The notes beneath the pieces were generated by a model that worked only from the letters and a program-made list of their open reading frames with translations, was not told the origin of the DNA and did not search any database. A DNA stretch of 64,000 nucleotides from Eubacteriales bacterium (GTDB lineage: Bacteria > Bacillota > Clostridia > Saccharofermentanales > DTU023), in contig JAUNVU010000001.1 in assembly GCA_030537525.1 (NCBI GenBank), forward strand, positions 84,187-148,186, given 5' to 3'. The translations under genes were made by a program, and so were the position numbers. Within the stretch, counting starts at the first letter, position 1; every line of letters starts with the position of its first letter. Shown one piece after another: positions 28,031-39,203 of the stretch.

Positions 28031-28386
28031 TGAATCCACGTGACATCATTATCGAACCACTAATTACCGAACGTTCAGCTATGCAGGCTGCAGAAGGCAA
28101 GTATACCTTCCGTGTGGCTAAGAATGCTGGTAAGCCAGCCATTCGCCAGGCTTGTGAAGAGCTTTTCGACGTCAAGGTTTTGAAAGTCAATACCGTCAAC
28201 GTTAGAGGTAAGAAGAAGCGTCAAGGTTATACCCAAGGCCGCACCGCTTCATGGAAGAAGGCAGTGGTTACCATTGATCTAAATCCAGAAGCCAGCACCT
28301 ACCTCGAAAAGGGCGGCAAGACAACACAAGAGCGCAAGAAGTATAAGACTGAAATCGAAGCCTTTGGCTTAAGTCATATCGCTTAG
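28030..28386 (+). CDS. rplW: 50S ribosomal protein L23 (C-terminally extended)
   Basis: PLITE, KVNTVNV.GK.KR, WKKAVV. Confidence 0.96.
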   Translation: MNPRDIIIEPLITERSAMQAAEGKYTFRVAKNAGKPAIRQACEELFDVKVLKVNTVNVRGKKKRQGYTQGRTASWKKAVVTIDLNPEASTYLEKGGKTTQERKKYKTEIEAFGLSHIA

Positions 28387-28407
28387 TGCGGAGAAAGGAA
28401 GGAAATT

Positions 28408-29235
28408 ATGTCTAAATCATTTAAACCAACCTCTCCCGCCATTCGCCAAATGACTGTTGCTGATTTTTCAAAGATTAGTAAGAAGGCGCCAGAAAAGGCT
28501 CTTTTGAAATCAAGAAAGCAGAAAGCAGGCCGTAACCACTACGGTAGAATCACAGTCAGACATCGCGGTGGCGGCAACAGACGCCATATCAGACAAATCG
28601 ACTGGCTGCGCAAGAAGGATGATGTGCCAGCTAAGGTTGCGGCAATCGAATATGATCCCAACCGCAGTGCGCGTATTGCCCTACTCCATTATGCAGATGG
28701 GGCCAAGTCTTACATCCTCGCCCCAGAGGGTCTAGAAGTTGGTATGTCAGTGCTTTCAGGCGATGCTGTTGATCCAGTAGTTGGTAACGCAATGCCACTC
28801 AGGAGTATTCCCGTTGGCTCAACTGTACACAATGTTGAGATGCAGCCAGGTCAGGGCGCCAAAATTGTCCGCTCAGCCGGTACGGGTGCGCAATTAATGG
28901 CTAAGGAAGGCCGCTATGCTCAACTCAGATTGCCTTCAGGTGAATATCGTCTCATTTTGCAGGACTGCCGCGCGACTATTGGTTGGGTTGGCAATAGCGA
29001 ACATGAGAATATCACCATCGGTAAGGCTGGTCGCAAGCGTCATCTAGGTCGTCGTCCGCATGTCCGTGGTAAGGCCATGAACCCAGTCGATCACCCGCAT
29101 GGTGGTGGTGAGGGTAGAAACCCAATTGGTATGCCGTCACCTTTGACTCCTTGGGGCAAGCCAACCCTTGGCAAGAAGACACGTAAGAAGAACAAGCTTT
29201 CGAACCGCTTTATCGTCCGCAGACGTAAGAAATAA
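28408..29235 (+). CDS. rplB: 50S ribosomal protein L2
   Basis: [21 protein letters not shown]. Confidence 0.98.
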   Translation: MSKSFKPTSPAIRQMTVADFSKISKKAPEKALLKSRKQKAGRNHYGRITVRHRGGGNRRHIRQIDWLRKKDDVPAKVAAIEYDPNRSARIALLHYADGAKSYILAPEGLEVGMSVLSGDAVDPVVGNAMPLRSIPVGSTVHNVEMQPGQGAKIVRSAGTGAQLMAKEGRYAQLRLPSGEYRLILQDCRATIGWVGNSEHENITIGKAGRKRHLGRRPHVRGKAMNPVDHPHGGGEGRNPIGMPSPLTPWGKPTLGKKTRKKNKLSNRFIVRRRKK

Positions 29236-29246
29236 GGAGACCTAAT

Positions 29247-29528
29247 ATGAGTCGTTCAACAAAAAAAGGTTATTACGTTCAAGAGGCACTGATGAAGAGA
29301 ATAGAGGCCATGAATGAGAAAAATGAGCACAAGGTAATAAAGACCTGGTCACGCTCATCTACAATCTTCCCAGAGATGGTTGGCCATACTATTGCAGTGC
29401 ATGATGGACGCAAACATGTTCCCGTTTATATCACCGAGGAGATGGTTGGTCATAAGCTTGGTGAATTTGCACCAACTCGCTTATTCCGTAGCCATGCTCG
29501 CTCAGAGAAATCAGCTTCGGCTCGCTAG
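29247..29528 (+). CDS. rpsS: 30S ribosomal protein S19
   Basis: [19 protein letters not shown]. Confidence 0.98.
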   Translation: MSRSTKKGYYVQEALMKRIEAMNEKNEHKVIKTWSRSSTIFPEMVGHTIAVHDGRKHVPVYITEEMVGHKLGEFAPTRLFRSHARSEKSASAR

Positions 29529-29539
29529 GAGGTTTTGTA

Positions 29540-30028
29540 GTGAAGACTAAGGTATATTCTAAGCAAGAGCTCCAGGAGAGGCGCGAAGAGATTCTGGCAG
29601 CCTACAGGGCTCCTCATAAGAAAAATAAGAAGCTGCGCGTTCTCACTAAGAAAGAACGCAAGGAGCTTGGCATCGGCAAAGATTGTGGCAAGGCATCAAT
29701 TAAGTATGTACGTATTGCACCCTCTAAGGTAAATATTGTCGCCAAGCTGATTCGCGGCAAAGATCTGCGCGAAGCCAAGGCCATTCTGCAGTATACTCCC
29801 AAGGCCGCAGCACCGGTGCTACTCAAGCTCCTGAACTCTGCAGCTGCAAATGCAGTCAACAATAATGAGCTCAATGAGGACGCTCTCTTTGTATCAGAGC
29901 TGACAATCGGTCCAGGTCCTACCATGAAGCGTTGGTTGCCACGTGGTAAGGGTTCTGCAACCCCTATCCTCAAGCGCTCCAGCAGAATTTGGGTCGTCCT
30001 GCGCGAACGTGAAGAAGGAGATAAGTAA
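29540..30028 (+). CDS. rplV: 50S ribosomal protein L22 (N-terminally extended)
   Basis: [28 protein letters not shown]; GTG start after GGAGG. Confidence 0.95.
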   Translation: MKTKVYSKQELQERREEILAAYRAPHKKNKKLRVLTKKERKELGIGKDCGKASIKYVRIAPSKVNIVAKLIRGKDLREAKAILQYTPKAAAPVLLKLLNSAAANAVNNNELNEDALFVSELTIGPGPTMKRWLPRGKGSATPILKRSSRIWVVLREREEGDK

Positions 30029-30714
30029 TGGGTCAGAAAATTAATCCGCATGGCATGAGAGTCGGCATCATTAAAGATTGGGATGCTCGCTGGTATGCAG
30101 ATAAGAAAAATTTCGCAACTTTTTTAGTCGAAGATGTCAAGATCAGAGACTACATCAAAAAGCAGACAGAACGTGCTGGTGTTTCTAGAATTGAAATTGA
30201 GCGCGAAGGTGAAGATAAGTGTGTAGTAACGATCTCAACAGCCAAACCTGGTATGATCATCGGTCGTCAGGGGTCAGAGATTGAGGCACTTAAGAAGAAG
30301 CTAAACCACATGTTTAAGCGCAACTTCTTCATCAACGTTAAAGAGATTAAGCAGCCAGATTGTGAAGCTCAGCTAGTTGCTGAAGGTATTGCACGTCAGC
30401 TCGAAGAGCGAGTCTCCTTCAGAAGAGCCATCAAGCAGGCCATCGGCCGTGCCATGAAGCAAGGTGTTAAGGGCATCAAATGTATGACTTCTGGTCGTCT
30501 CGGTGGTGCTGATATAGCACGATCTGAGAGTTACCACGAGGGCACCATCCCTCTGCATACCTTAAGAGCTGATATCGATTACGGCTTTGCTGAAGCGGCA
30601 ACTACCTATGGCCGTATTGGTGTGAAGGTCTGGATTTACAAGGGTGAGGTTCTGCCTGCTGCGAAGACTGAGCAGAAGAAGAGAGATAGGAGGAACGACA
30701 ATGTTAATGCCTAA
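30028..30714 (+). CDS. rpsC: 30S ribosomal protein S3
   Basis: [18 protein letters not shown]. Confidence 0.98.
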   Translation: MGQKINPHGMRVGIIKDWDARWYADKKNFATFLVEDVKIRDYIKKQTERAGVSRIEIEREGEDKCVVTISTAKPGMIIGRQGSEIEALKKKLNHMFKRNFFINVKEIKQPDCEAQLVAEGIARQLEERVSFRRAIKQAIGRAMKQGVKGIKCMTSGRLGGADIARSESYHEGTIPLHTLRADIDYGFAEAATTYGRIGVKVWIYKGEVLPAAKTEQKKRDRRNDNVNA

Positions 30715-31279
30715 ACGCGTCAAATATCGTCGTCAGCATCGTGGCCGCATGAAGGGTAAGGCCAGCAGAGGTAATTTTGTTGCCTACGGCCAGTACGGTC
30801 TACAGGCGCTTGAGCCAAGCTGGATTACAGCAAATCAAATTGAAGCAGCCCGTGTTGCGATAAACCGTTATCTCCGTCGTGGTGGTACAGTCTGGATTAA
30901 GATATTCCCAGATAAATCAGTATCTAAAAAACCAGCTGAAACCAGAATGGGTTCAGGTAAGGGTTCACCAGACTACTGGGTAGCAGTAGTTAAACCAGGT
31001 CGAGTATTATTTGAACTTGCTGGTATCCCTGAGAAAACGGCAAAGGAGGCCTTCCGCCTTGCGATGCATAAACTTCCTGTTAAATGCAAATTTGTTCGTT
31101 CAGATCGTAAGCTGACGAAGGAAGAATATGAGCGCTTCGCCGAGGTGCAGGCTGATGTCGTTGAAAGCCTCGAAGCTGCTGATGAGCAGTTAGCCGAACA
31201 GCTTGCTGCTGAAGAAGCCGAAACTGAAGGCGCTGAAGAGCCAGTAGCTGAAGCAGAGGAGGGTGCAGATGAAAATTAA
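30701..31279 (+). CDS. rplP: 50S ribosomal protein L16 (acidic C-terminal tail)
   Basis: [17 protein letters not shown]; ATG 30701 after AGGAGG. Confidence 0.97.
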   Translation: MLMPKRVKYRRQHRGRMKGKASRGNFVAYGQYGLQALEPSWITANQIEAARVAINRYLRRGGTVWIKIFPDKSVSKKPAETRMGSGKGSPDYWVAVVKPGRVLFELAGIPEKTAKEAFRLAMHKLPVKCKFVRSDRKLTKEEYERFAEVQADVVESLEAADEQLAEQLAAEEAETEGAEEPVAEAEEGADEN

Positions 31280-31472
31280 TGAATTACGTGAAAAGAGCCC
31301 ATCTGAATTGAATGAGGAGCTGCGTGAACTCAAGGAAGAGTTATTTAAATTACGTTTCCGTCACGCAACCAGACAGCTGGATAATCCTTTACAGCTTAAA
31401 GAAGTTAAACGCCAGATCGCCAGAGTTAAGACAATTCTGCGCGAACAAGAATTAGCAGAGAAGGTGAGGTAG
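31269..31472 (+). CDS. rpmC: 50S ribosomal protein L29
   Basis: [16 protein letters not shown]. Confidence 0.96.
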   Translation: MKINELREKSPSELNEELRELKEELFKLRFRHATRQLDNPLQLKEVKRQIARVKTILREQELAEKVR

Positions 31473-31476
31473 CTAA

Positions 31477-31737
31477 ATGGCAGTAGAACGTGCACTGCGT
31501 AAGAGCAGAACAGGCATTGTGACCTCGGACAAGATGGATAAGACGGTAGTCGTCTCTATCACAGAACACGTCCGTCATCCTCTGTATAAGAAGTATATTA
31601 AGCGCAGCATTAAGCTCAAGGCGCACGATGAGAATAACGAGTGTGGAATCGGTGATACCGTGAGAATCATGGAAACACGTCCGCTCTCCAAGGATAAATG
31701 CTGGCGCGTAGTCCGCATCATCGAGAAGGCCAAATAG
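31477..31737 (+). CDS. rpsQ: 30S ribosomal protein S17
   Basis: SDKMDKT, HPLYKK, ETRPLSK. Confidence 0.98.
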   Translation: MAVERALRKSRTGIVTSDKMDKTVVVSITEHVRHPLYKKYIKRSIKLKAHDENNECGIGDTVRIMETRPLSKDKCWRVVRIIEKAK

Positions 31738-31751
31738 AGAAGGAGTAAGGT

Positions 31752-32120
31752 ATGATTCAAGTTGAAAGCAATTTAAAATCAGCTGACAATACTGGTGCTC
31801 GTCGTCTCTATTGCATCAAGGTTCTGGGCGGCTCAGGCAGACGCTATGCCAATATTGGTGACGTCATCGTCTGCTCTGTAAAAGAAGCAACGCCCGGTGG
31901 TGTAGTTAAGAAGGGCGACGTAGTCAGAGCAGTTGTAGTAAGAACTAAGAAGGGCGTTAGAAGACGAGATGGCTCTAGCATTCGCTTTGATGAGAATGCC
32001 GCAGTTATTCTCAAGGAAGATGGTACCCCACAAGGCACCCGTATCTTTGGCCCAATCGCTCGTGAGCTCCGTGAGAAGAATTATATGAAGATTCTGTCTT
32101 TGGCGCCCGAGGTTCTGTAG
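31752..32120 (+). CDS. rplN: 50S ribosomal protein L14
   Basis: ADNTGA, GTRIFGP, SLAPEVL. Confidence 0.98.
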   Translation: MIQVESNLKSADNTGARRLYCIKVLGGSGRRYANIGDVIVCSVKEATPGGVVKKGDVVRAVVVRTKKGVRRRDGSSIRFDENAAVILKEDGTPQGTRIFGPIARELREKNYMKILSLAPEVL

Positions 32121-32131
32121 GAGGATAAGAG

Positions 32132-32473
32132 ATGAAAGTACATGTAAAAGTAAACGACAACGTCTATGTCCTCTCAGGTAAGGACAAGGGCAAGAGCGGC
32201 AAGGTTTTAAGAGTCGTTCCAGAGAAAAATAGAGTGTTTGTCGAAGGTGTCAACATCGTTACCAAACACAAGCGACCTGATCAGCGCAATAATACTGGTG
32301 GCATTATTCACCAGGAGGCCTCAATTAATGCCAGTAATGTCATGCTGGTTTGCCCCAAGTGCAAGCGACCAGCCAAGACTGGCCGAAAATTTAACACTGA
32401 GGGTGAGAAGGTACGCTACTGTAAGGCATGCGATGCAACTATCGATGTTATTAACAGAGCTAAGAACAGGTAG
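32132..32473 (+). CDS. rplX: 50S ribosomal protein L24
   Basis: KOW motif GKDKGK.G; CxxC..CxxC. Confidence 0.97.
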   Translation: MKVHVKVNDNVYVLSGKDKGKSGKVLRVVPEKNRVFVEGVNIVTKHKRPDQRNNTGGIIHQEASINASNVMLVCPKCKRPAKTGRKFNTEGEKVRYCKACDATIDVINRAKNR

Positions 32474-32481
32474 GAGGAAGT

Positions 32482-33021
32482 ATGAATCGCTTACGTGAAA
32501 AATATCAAAATGAAGTAGCTTCAGCTCTTCAGGAGAAATTCTCCTACAAGTCGCCAATGCAGATTCCCAAACTCGAGAAAATTGTTTTGAACATGGGTGT
32601 AAACGATGCGCAAGAGAATTCTAAGGCTATAGAAAACTCTGTAAGAGATCTCGGTGTGATCACAGGTCAGAAGGCCATTGTCACCAAGGCAAAGAAGTCT
32701 ATTGCAAACTTCCGTGTTCGTGAAGGCATGAATGTCGGCTGTAAGGTAACCCTGCGAGGAGACAGAATGTATGAGTTCCTCGACAAGCTGATTTCTATTT
32801 CTCTGCCACGAGTTCGTGACTTCAGAGGTTGTAACCCAAATTCATTTGATGGTCGCGGTAACTACGCGATGGGTGCTAAAGAACAGCTGATCTTTCCTGA
32901 AATCGACTACGATAGCATCGACAAGATTCGTGGTATGGATATCGTAATTGTTACTACTGCTAGCAATGACGAAGAAGCACGCGCACTGCTTGAGCTACTC
33001 GGCATGCCATTCAGAAAGTAG
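32482..33021 (+). CDS. rplE: 50S ribosomal protein L5
   Basis: [16 protein letters not shown]. Confidence 0.98.
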   Translation: MNRLREKYQNEVASALQEKFSYKSPMQIPKLEKIVLNMGVNDAQENSKAIENSVRDLGVITGQKAIVTKAKKSIANFRVREGMNVGCKVTLRGDRMYEFLDKLISISLPRVRDFRGCNPNSFDGRGNYAMGAKEQLIFPEIDYDSIDKIRGMDIVIVTTASNDEEARALLELLGMPFRK

Positions 33022-33032
33022 AGGAGGCAAAA

Positions 33033-33218
33033 ATGGCTAAAAAATCGATGATCGTCAAGGCCAATAGGCCTCAGAAATTCTCAACTCGCAGACATAACAG
33101 ATGTCAGCTATGTGGTCGTCCACATGCTTTTATTCGCAAGTATGGCATCTGCAGACTCTGTTTCCGCGAACTAGCACACAAGGGTCAGATCCCTGGTGTC
33201 CGCAAGGCAAGCTGGTAG
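33033..33218 (+). CDS. rpsN: 30S ribosomal protein S14 (Zn-binding short form)
   Basis: RCQLCGR..CRLCFRE, 61 aa. Confidence 0.97.
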   Translation: MAKKSMIVKANRPQKFSTRRHNRCQLCGRPHAFIRKYGICRLCFRELAHKGQIPGVRKASW

Positions 33219-33233
33219 AAAAGGAGTAAGATC

Positions 33234-33632
33234 ATGCAAATTACTGATCCTATCGCAGATATGCTGACTCGTATTCGCAATGCTGGCCGCGCTGGTCATG
33301 AGACCTGCACGGTACCTGCTTCGAATCTCAAACGCGAGATTGCGCGCATTCTCAAGGCTGAAGGCTTTATCACAGACTACAGCGAAGAGGAAGATAACAA
33401 GCAAGGCATCATTACTATTGAGCTGAAATATATGGAACACTTAAAGCCTGTAATCGCAGGCCTTAAGCGAATCTCGAAGCCTGGTCTTCGGGTCTATGCT
33501 GCAGCTAACGAACTCCCAGAAGTACTCGGTGGTCTGGGCATCGCCATCATTTCGACCTCGAAAGGTCTAATGACAGACAAGGAAGCACGTAAGGCCGGAG
33601 TCGGTGGAGAAGTGCTAGCTTTCGTCTGGTAA
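33234..33632 (+). CDS. rpsH: 30S ribosomal protein S8
   Basis: [20 protein letters not shown]. Confidence 0.98.
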   Translation: MQITDPIADMLTRIRNAGRAGHETCTVPASNLKREIARILKAEGFITDYSEEEDNKQGIITIELKYMEHLKPVIAGLKRISKPGLRVYAAANELPEVLGGLGIAIISTSKGLMTDKEARKAGVGGEVLAFVW

Positions 33633-33683
33633 TACTCTGAAAAGGCAGCATGCTGCCAAAATCTTAAGAGCAAAGGAGAAATT

Positions 33684-34226
33684 ATGTCCCGAATTGGTAA
33701 AAAACCGATCACCATCCCAGCTGGAGTAGAAGTTAAGCTCCAGGATGGCGTTATGGAGGTCAAGAAAGGACAGATCGTAGTCACTGAGAAGATTCACCCC
33801 GATATGCAGGTGCAGATTGAAAACAATGTCATTACGGTCTCACGTCCATCAGATTCCAAGCTTCACAGATCACTCCACGGTCTAACTAGAAGCCTAATCA
33901 ATAATATGGTAGTTGGCGTTAATGAGAGCTTTAAGAAGGTTCTTGAAGTCAACGGTATTGGTTATCGTGCGGCCCTCGAAGGCACTGAGCTAGTTCTCAC
34001 TGTTGGACTGTCGCATCCCGTCAGGATTCCACAGCCAGAGGGTATCACATTCGAAGTACCTAAACAGAGCCAGATCATCGTATCTGGAGCTAATAAGCAA
34101 GTCGTCGGTGAAACAGCCGCGAAAATCCGTGCAGTGCGTCCACCAGAGCCTTATAAGGGTAAGGGTATCAAGTATGATTACGAGACTATCCGCCTTAAGG
34201 AAGGCAAGACTGGTGCAGCTAAATAG
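33684..34226 (+). CDS. rplF: 50S ribosomal protein L6
   Basis: MSRIGK, RPPEPYKGKG. Confidence 0.98.
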   Translation: MSRIGKKPITIPAGVEVKLQDGVMEVKKGQIVVTEKIHPDMQVQIENNVITVSRPSDSKLHRSLHGLTRSLINNMVVGVNESFKKVLEVNGIGYRAALEGTELVLTVGLSHPVRIPQPEGITFEVPKQSQIIVSGANKQVVGETAAKIRAVRPPEPYKGKGIKYDYETIRLKEGKTGAAK

Positions 34227-34241
34227 GGGGCGTGAATAGAT

Positions 34242-34601
34242 ATGATTAAGAAAGTTTCAAGAAATTTAATCCGTCGGCGTAAGCACGCCCGTACTCGCAA
34301 GTTCATGAGCGGTACACCAGAGCGTCCTCGTTTGACAGTATTTCGTAGCAACAAGCATGTATACGCTCAGATCATAGATGATTTGAATGCTAAGACTTTA
34401 GTTGCAGCCTCCAGTCTGGAGAAAGAAATTAATGCGAAGACTAATAATCTGGAAACGGCTGCCAAAGTCGGTAAATTATTGGCAGAACGTGCTGTTGCCC
34501 AGGGTATTGAAGAGGTAGTGTTCGACCGTTCAGGTTATATCTACCATGGACGTATTGCCGCTCTCGCAGAAGCCTGCCGAGAAGCTGGTCTGAAATTTTA
34601 G
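34242..34601 (+). CDS. rplR: 50S ribosomal protein L18
   Basis: RPRL.VFRSNKH, FDRSGY.YHGR. Confidence 0.98.
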   Translation: MIKKVSRNLIRRRKHARTRKFMSGTPERPRLTVFRSNKHVYAQIIDDLNAKTLVAASSLEKEINAKTNNLETAAKVGKLLAERAVAQGIEEVVFDRSGYIYHGRIAALAEACREAGLKF

Positions 34602-34615
34602 TGAGGAGGCACGAT

Positions 34616-35206
34616 ATGGCAGAGCTAGAGAGAAAAGATCTACAAGAAGAAAATCGTGAGCAGCGTGGCCGTGGCCGTCGTGGCCGTGGTGAGCGTAGAG
34701 GTCGTGATCGCGATCGTCGCGAACGCCCAGATGACAAGTTTAAGGAACGCGTTATTCACATAGGTCGTGTCGCCAAGACAGTTAAGGGTGGTCGTAACTT
34801 CCGCTTTACCGCACTAGTTATTGTCGGTGATGGTGAAGGTCAGGTCGGTAAGGGCCTTGGAAAGGCAGCTGAGATACCCGATGCAATTCGCAAGGGAATT
34901 GAAGATGCAAAGAAGAATTTAGTTAAAGTTCCAATTTCAGGCACGACTATACCTCACCCAGTTACTGGTCACTTCGGTGCTGGACGAGTCATGCTAAGAC
35001 CTGCACCAGAAGGTACAGGTGTTATTGCAGGTGGTCCAGTGCGTGCAATTTGTGAATTAGCAGGCCTATCTGACATTGTTACCAAGTCACTTGGTACTTC
35101 CAATGCTAACAATATGGCTAATGCTGCAATTGAGGGTCTTAAGAGTCTCAATTCACCCGAGATGGTTGCCAGAAAACGTGGCAAATCCGTCGAGGAAATC
35201 ATCTAG
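34616..35206 (+). CDS. rpsE: 30S ribosomal protein S5 (Arg/Gly-rich N-terminal extension)
   Basis: [18 protein letters not shown]; ATG 34616 after AGGAGG. Confidence 0.97.
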   Translation: MAELERKDLQEENREQRGRGRRGRGERRGRDRDRRERPDDKFKERVIHIGRVAKTVKGGRNFRFTALVIVGDGEGQVGKGLGKAAEIPDAIRKGIEDAKKNLVKVPISGTTIPHPVTGHFGAGRVMLRPAPEGTGVIAGGPVRAICELAGLSDIVTKSLGTSNANNMANAAIEGLKSLNSPEMVARKRGKSVEEII

Positions 35207-35214
35207 GAGGAAGC

Positions 35215-35403
35215 ATGGCACAGATTAAAATTACCCTAGTACGCAGCCTGAGCGGTCGTAAACCCTTGCACATTAAGGTTTGCAAAGCTCTGGGTCTAAA
35301 TAAGATCCATGATTTCACCATTCAGGAAGACAATCCTGCAACACGCGGCCAGATTGCTAAAGTAGTGCATCTAGTTGAAGTTGCAGATGTTGAAGGAGCG
35401 TAA
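35215..35403 (+). CDS. rpmD: 50S ribosomal protein L30
   Basis: [12 protein letters not shown], operon position. Confidence 0.95.
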   Translation: MAQIKITLVRSLSGRKPLHIKVCKALGLNKIHDFTIQEDNPATRGQIAKVVHLVEVADVEGA

Positions 35404-35404
35404 G

Positions 35405-35854
35405 ATGAAATTAAATGAATTAAAACCAACGAAGGGCTCCCGCCCTAAGGCCTGGCGTAAGGGGCGTGGTCCTGGCTCAGGCAATGGTAAGACAGCTGGT
35501 CGCGGTCATAAAGGCCAGAAGGCCAGATCTGGTGGTGGTGTCAGACCTCAGTTTGAGGGTGGTCAGATGCCTTTATTCCGCAGGATGCCAAAGCGCGGCT
35601 TTAACAATAAGCGTTTTGCCAAGGTCTACGCCGAAATCAACGTTGAAGATCTCAATAGATTCAACGATGGCGATGTCGTCGACGTACAAATGATCCATGA
35701 TCAGCGCGTCTTGAGCATTCCCAAGGTAAACGATGGTATTAAGATCCTCGGCCGTGGCGAGCTCAACCGTAAATTAACCGTTCGTGCAGCTGCCTTTACA
35801 AAATCGGCCAAAGAGAAAATTGAAGCGGCCGGAGGCACTGTAGAGGAGGTGTAA
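35405..35854 (+). CDS. rplO: 50S ribosomal protein L15
   Basis: [26 protein letters not shown]. Confidence 0.98.
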   Translation: MKLNELKPTKGSRPKAWRKGRGPGSGNGKTAGRGHKGQKARSGGGVRPQFEGGQMPLFRRMPKRGFNNKRFAKVYAEINVEDLNRFNDGDVVDVQMIHDQRVLSIPKVNDGIKILGRGELNRKLTVRAAAFTKSAKEKIEAAGGTVEEV

Positions 35855-35857
35855 TCC

Positions 35858-37156
35858 ATGGGTTCCATGTTTAAAACCCTGAGAAACGCTTTCCGCATTG
35901 ATGACTTGCGCAAGAGAATTGTCTTTACATTCTTTGCCATGTTGATCTACCGCCTGGGTGCTGCAGTACCAGTCCCAGGCATTAGCGCAACAGCTTTTGC
36001 CGCTTTATTCCAACGCTTCGGACAGTTGGGTCAGTTCCTGCAGATTATCTCTGGAACAGGTGGATTCCGAGCAGTATCGATATTCTCGCTAGGTATCCAG
36101 CCATACATCAACGCATCTATTATCATGCAGTTGTTGACCGTAGCTATACCTTATCTTGAGAGATTGTCCAAAGAGGGAGAGGTTGGTCGTAAAAAGATCC
36201 AACGCATCACCCGCTATGTGACGATCGGTATCGCTCTATTTATGTCCACCATGTATTGGACTTATACACGCGAGGCTGCTTCACAGGTCATTCCAGTATG
36301 GCTCAGCGCCTTGATCGTCATCGGTAGCTTTACTGCAGGATCAGCTTTTATCATGTGGCTTGGTGAGCAGATTAATGACAAGGGTATCGGCAACGGTATC
36401 TCTGTACTCATCTTCATAGGTATTGTTTCGAGACTGCCTTCGATGCTTCAAGCCCTTTATTATTCATTCCTCAATTGGCAGGCGATGAAGAACAGTGTAT
36501 TGGCTATTTTGCTGACACTTCTCGTTGTAGTCGTTTTTGTCGGAATCATTGCTCTTGTCGTCTATATTCAGAGTGCAGAGCGCAAGATTCCAGTACAGTA
36601 CGCCAAGCGTGTTGTCGGTCGTAAGATTTACGGTGGTCAGGCTTCATACTTGCCAATTAAGGTCAATCAATCTGGTGTTCTCCCTGTCATTTTCGCCCTA
36701 CAGTTGATGATTATGCCATCGCTTTTGATCAATCTATTTGGCGGTACGGGTAAGGTTGCACAGTGGTTCAACACCTTCAACGAAAATCCGCTTTACTATC
36801 TGTTCTATGGATTGTTCATCATTGGCTTCACTTTCTTTTACTCCTCGATTAACTTTAATCCACAGGATATAGCCAATAACATCCAGAAGAACGGTGGCTT
36901 CATCCCAGGAATACGTCCAGGTCGTCCAACCGTCGACTTCATCCGCGGTACGGCGCACAGACTGACCTGGTTTGAATCAGTATTCCTTGTCTTCATTGTA
37001 TTACTACCAAGTTTCCTCAGCCTGGTGACGAAAACTTCATCGGCATTGTGGTTTGGCGGTACGGGTGTCTTGATTGTCGTCGGTGTCGCGATGGACATCG
37101 TGAATCAGTTAGAGGCACAGATGCTAATGCGTCACTACAAGGGATTCCTAGACTAG
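35858..37156 (+). CDS. secY: Preprotein translocase subunit SecY
   Basis: SIFSLGIQPYINASII, IPGIRPG, GGTG.LIVVGV. Confidence 0.98.
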   Translation: MGSMFKTLRNAFRIDDLRKRIVFTFFAMLIYRLGAAVPVPGISATAFAALFQRFGQLGQFLQIISGTGGFRAVSIFSLGIQPYINASIIMQLLTVAIPYLERLSKEGEVGRKKIQRITRYVTIGIALFMSTMYWTYTREAASQVIPVWLSALIVIGSFTAGSAFIMWLGEQINDKGIGNGISVLIFIGIVSRLPSMLQALYYSFLNWQAMKNSVLAILLTLLVVVVFVGIIALVVYIQSAERKIPVQYAKRVVGRKIYGGQASYLPIKVNQSGVLPVIFALQLMIMPSLLINLFGGTGKVAQWFNTFNENPLYYLFYGLFIIGFTFFYSSINFNPQDIANNIQKNGGFIPGIRPGRPTVDFIRGTAHRLTWFESVFLVFIVLLPSFLSLVTKTSSALWFGGTGVLIVVGVAMDIVNQLEAQMLMRHYKGFLD

Positions 37157-37163
37157 GAACCTC

Positions 37164-37190
37164 AACCCCGAGCAATGCTCGGGGTTTTTT
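37164..37190 (+). terminator. Intrinsic terminator ending the S10-spc operon at secY
   Basis: AACCCCGAGC/GCTCGGGGTT plus T tract. Confidence 0.85.
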
Positions 37191-37203
37191 CTTAGGAGAA
37201 ACT

Positions 37204-38442
37204 ATGAATATTAGTTCAGACTATAAGTTGGCAAATGTGCAGGCCCTGATTCAAGAGCTAGAGCCAAAATATCTAAGTACAGAAGTGGCATTAAAGATAG
37301 TTGCCAACTACCGTTTTTTTCATCAGCTACCAGAGCCTGCTTGGACAGAGCTAAAGACAAGGAGGGCTATTAAGGAACGTTTGGAAACTTACGCTCATGT
37401 TGAGATTTTGTTTGACTATGAGCCTGGGCTTCTTGCTAGAATTGTCAATCCCAGTGCAAAGTTGAAAATTCTTTATAGAGCTGACATCGATGCCTTGCCA
37501 ATAAAAGAGGAGACGGGGCTTGACTTCGCCTCGAAAAATGACGCTATGCATGCTTGCGGTCACGATGGTCACATCTCTGTTGCCTTGGCTTTGGTAGAGA
37601 CTATTGCCAGTAATCCTGAAAATTTTTCTAAAGATATCGAGTATTATTTTATCTTCCAAGCCTCTGAAGAAAATTTGCCCTCTGGTGCGAAAACTCTTAT
37701 AGAAGATCGCCTATTGGCGAAATTTGGACCATATGAATTAATACTTGGATCTCATTTTACACCACAGATAATGGCGGGACAGATTGGTGTTTTACCAAGC
37801 GGTCCAGCAACCACGGCTAATGGTTTTTTTAAGGTAAGTATAGAAGGTATATCAGCACACTCATCACAACCACAAAATGGCAATAACCCGATTCTAATTG
37901 CCTGCCAATTGGTTGAGGCTTGGGAACGATTCGCTTTGAATGGCTTTGATCCCAAGGAATATAGGGTTATGACTATTTGTCAACTGAACTCCGGAACGGT
38001 GCAGAATCAAATTCCAGCAAGGGCAGAGGTAGCTGGCAGCATTAGAGTATTGAATTCTGAAACAGAAGAGAAGCTGATCACTGGTATGGCAAGACTTGCC
38101 AAGGGTATTGCGGTCACTAATGACGCCGAGATAAGCTTTAGATATCAGCCAGGTCACCCCGCTGTTCATAACGACTCTAGGATTCGAGAAAAAATCATAG
38201 CTTATCTTGAGTCGAATAGTGCTAGTCACGAGTTTATTCTAGAGGATTTCTGGTCTGCATCAGAGGACTTCTCTTATTATCAAGAGCTAGCTCCTGTTTA
38301 CTATATCCACCTAGGTTCTGCTAAAGATTCTGAGGCCATGAAATATTCCAATCATCATCCGAAGTTTCTAATTGATCCAAAGGGTTTGATCATGGCTGCA
38401 GAATTTTGGGCTGGCTTTCTCGCGAATTTAGATTTGTCTTAA
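37204..38442 (+). CDS. M20D family amidohydrolase
   Basis: RADIDALP, MHACGHD, FQASEE, SEDF, NHHPKF; ATG 37204 after AGGAG. Confidence 0.9.
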   Translation: MNISSDYKLANVQALIQELEPKYLSTEVALKIVANYRFFHQLPEPAWTELKTRRAIKERLETYAHVEILFDYEPGLLARIVNPSAKLKILYRADIDALPIKEETGLDFASKNDAMHACGHDGHISVALALVETIASNPENFSKDIEYYFIFQASEENLPSGAKTLIEDRLLAKFGPYELILGSHFTPQIMAGQIGVLPSGPATTANGFFKVSIEGISAHSSQPQNGNNPILIACQLVEAWERFALNGFDPKEYRVMTICQLNSGTVQNQIPARAEVAGSIRVLNSETEEKLITGMARLAKGIAVTNDAEISFRYQPGHPAVHNDSRIREKIIAYLESNSASHEFILEDFWSASEDFSYYQELAPVYYIHLGSAKDSEAMKYSNHHPKFLIDPKGLIMAAEFWAGFLANLDLS

Positions 38443-38559
38443 ATTCTCTGGCATAGCTAGTCAAGTTTAACGTGTTTTTGTATAATGTACTAAAGAGGCT
38501 GCTTTTTAATAAGCGAAGCCAAGCACGCTAGGTGCAAGGAAGGAACAGGTGAACTATAT

Positions 38560-38979
38560 ATGATTGATGTAGTCGTTGGCCCCAAAGGTAGTGGTAAGAC
38601 AGCAAAGTTGGTAGCAGAGATTACCAAACACGCAGATGAACAAGAGAATAATATTGTTTGTATCGAATATGGTAGACGATTTGATCGTCAGATTCCTTAT
38701 CAGGTAAGATTGATTGATATTACGGAGTATCCAGTTAATTCATATCGCGAACTATTATCCTTCATAGCTGGTATTACTGCCAAGGACTACGATATAACCA
38801 GAATCTATATAGATAGTATTTATAAGGTTGCCAGTGAATCAGATCCTGATAAGTTAGATCAGTTTGTGAAAGAATTATCTGAATTTGCTGAGCAGATCGA
38901 GGTAGCTTTTACAATCACCATTTCTGATGAAGTTGAGAATCTTCCAGATACTGTCGTCAAGAATATGCGGCAGATCTAA
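38560..38979 (+). CDS. Small conserved clostridial P-loop protein of unknown function
   Basis: N-terminal GPKGSGKT, YDITRIYIDS. Confidence 0.75.
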   Translation: MIDVVVGPKGSGKTAKLVAEITKHADEQENNIVCIEYGRRFDRQIPYQVRLIDITEYPVNSYRELLSFIAGITAKDYDITRIYIDSIYKVASESDPDKLDQFVKELSEFAEQIEVAFTITISDEVENLPDTVVKNMRQI

Positions 38980-38998
38980 TTAAAGAGAACTGACTATA

Positions 38999-39026
38999 GG
39001 CGCATCGTTAACGGTGCGCTTTTTTT
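38999..39026 (+). terminator. Intrinsic terminator
   Basis: GGCGCATCG/CGGTGCGCT plus T tract. Confidence 0.75.
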
Positions 39027-39203
39027 AAGTGTGCAGTGTTATTTTCTTTGCTTTGAAAAGTCACTATTTAGCACCCATATTCAAAATAGCTAGATAGTAC
39101 AAAATTAAGCAGTTTTACAGGAAAGAAGGCCGTATGATACTTAAGAGAACTTTGAGTTATAATAAGGAGAAGTTTTCTAAGAAATCAGGTAAAGGTAAGA
39201 GAA

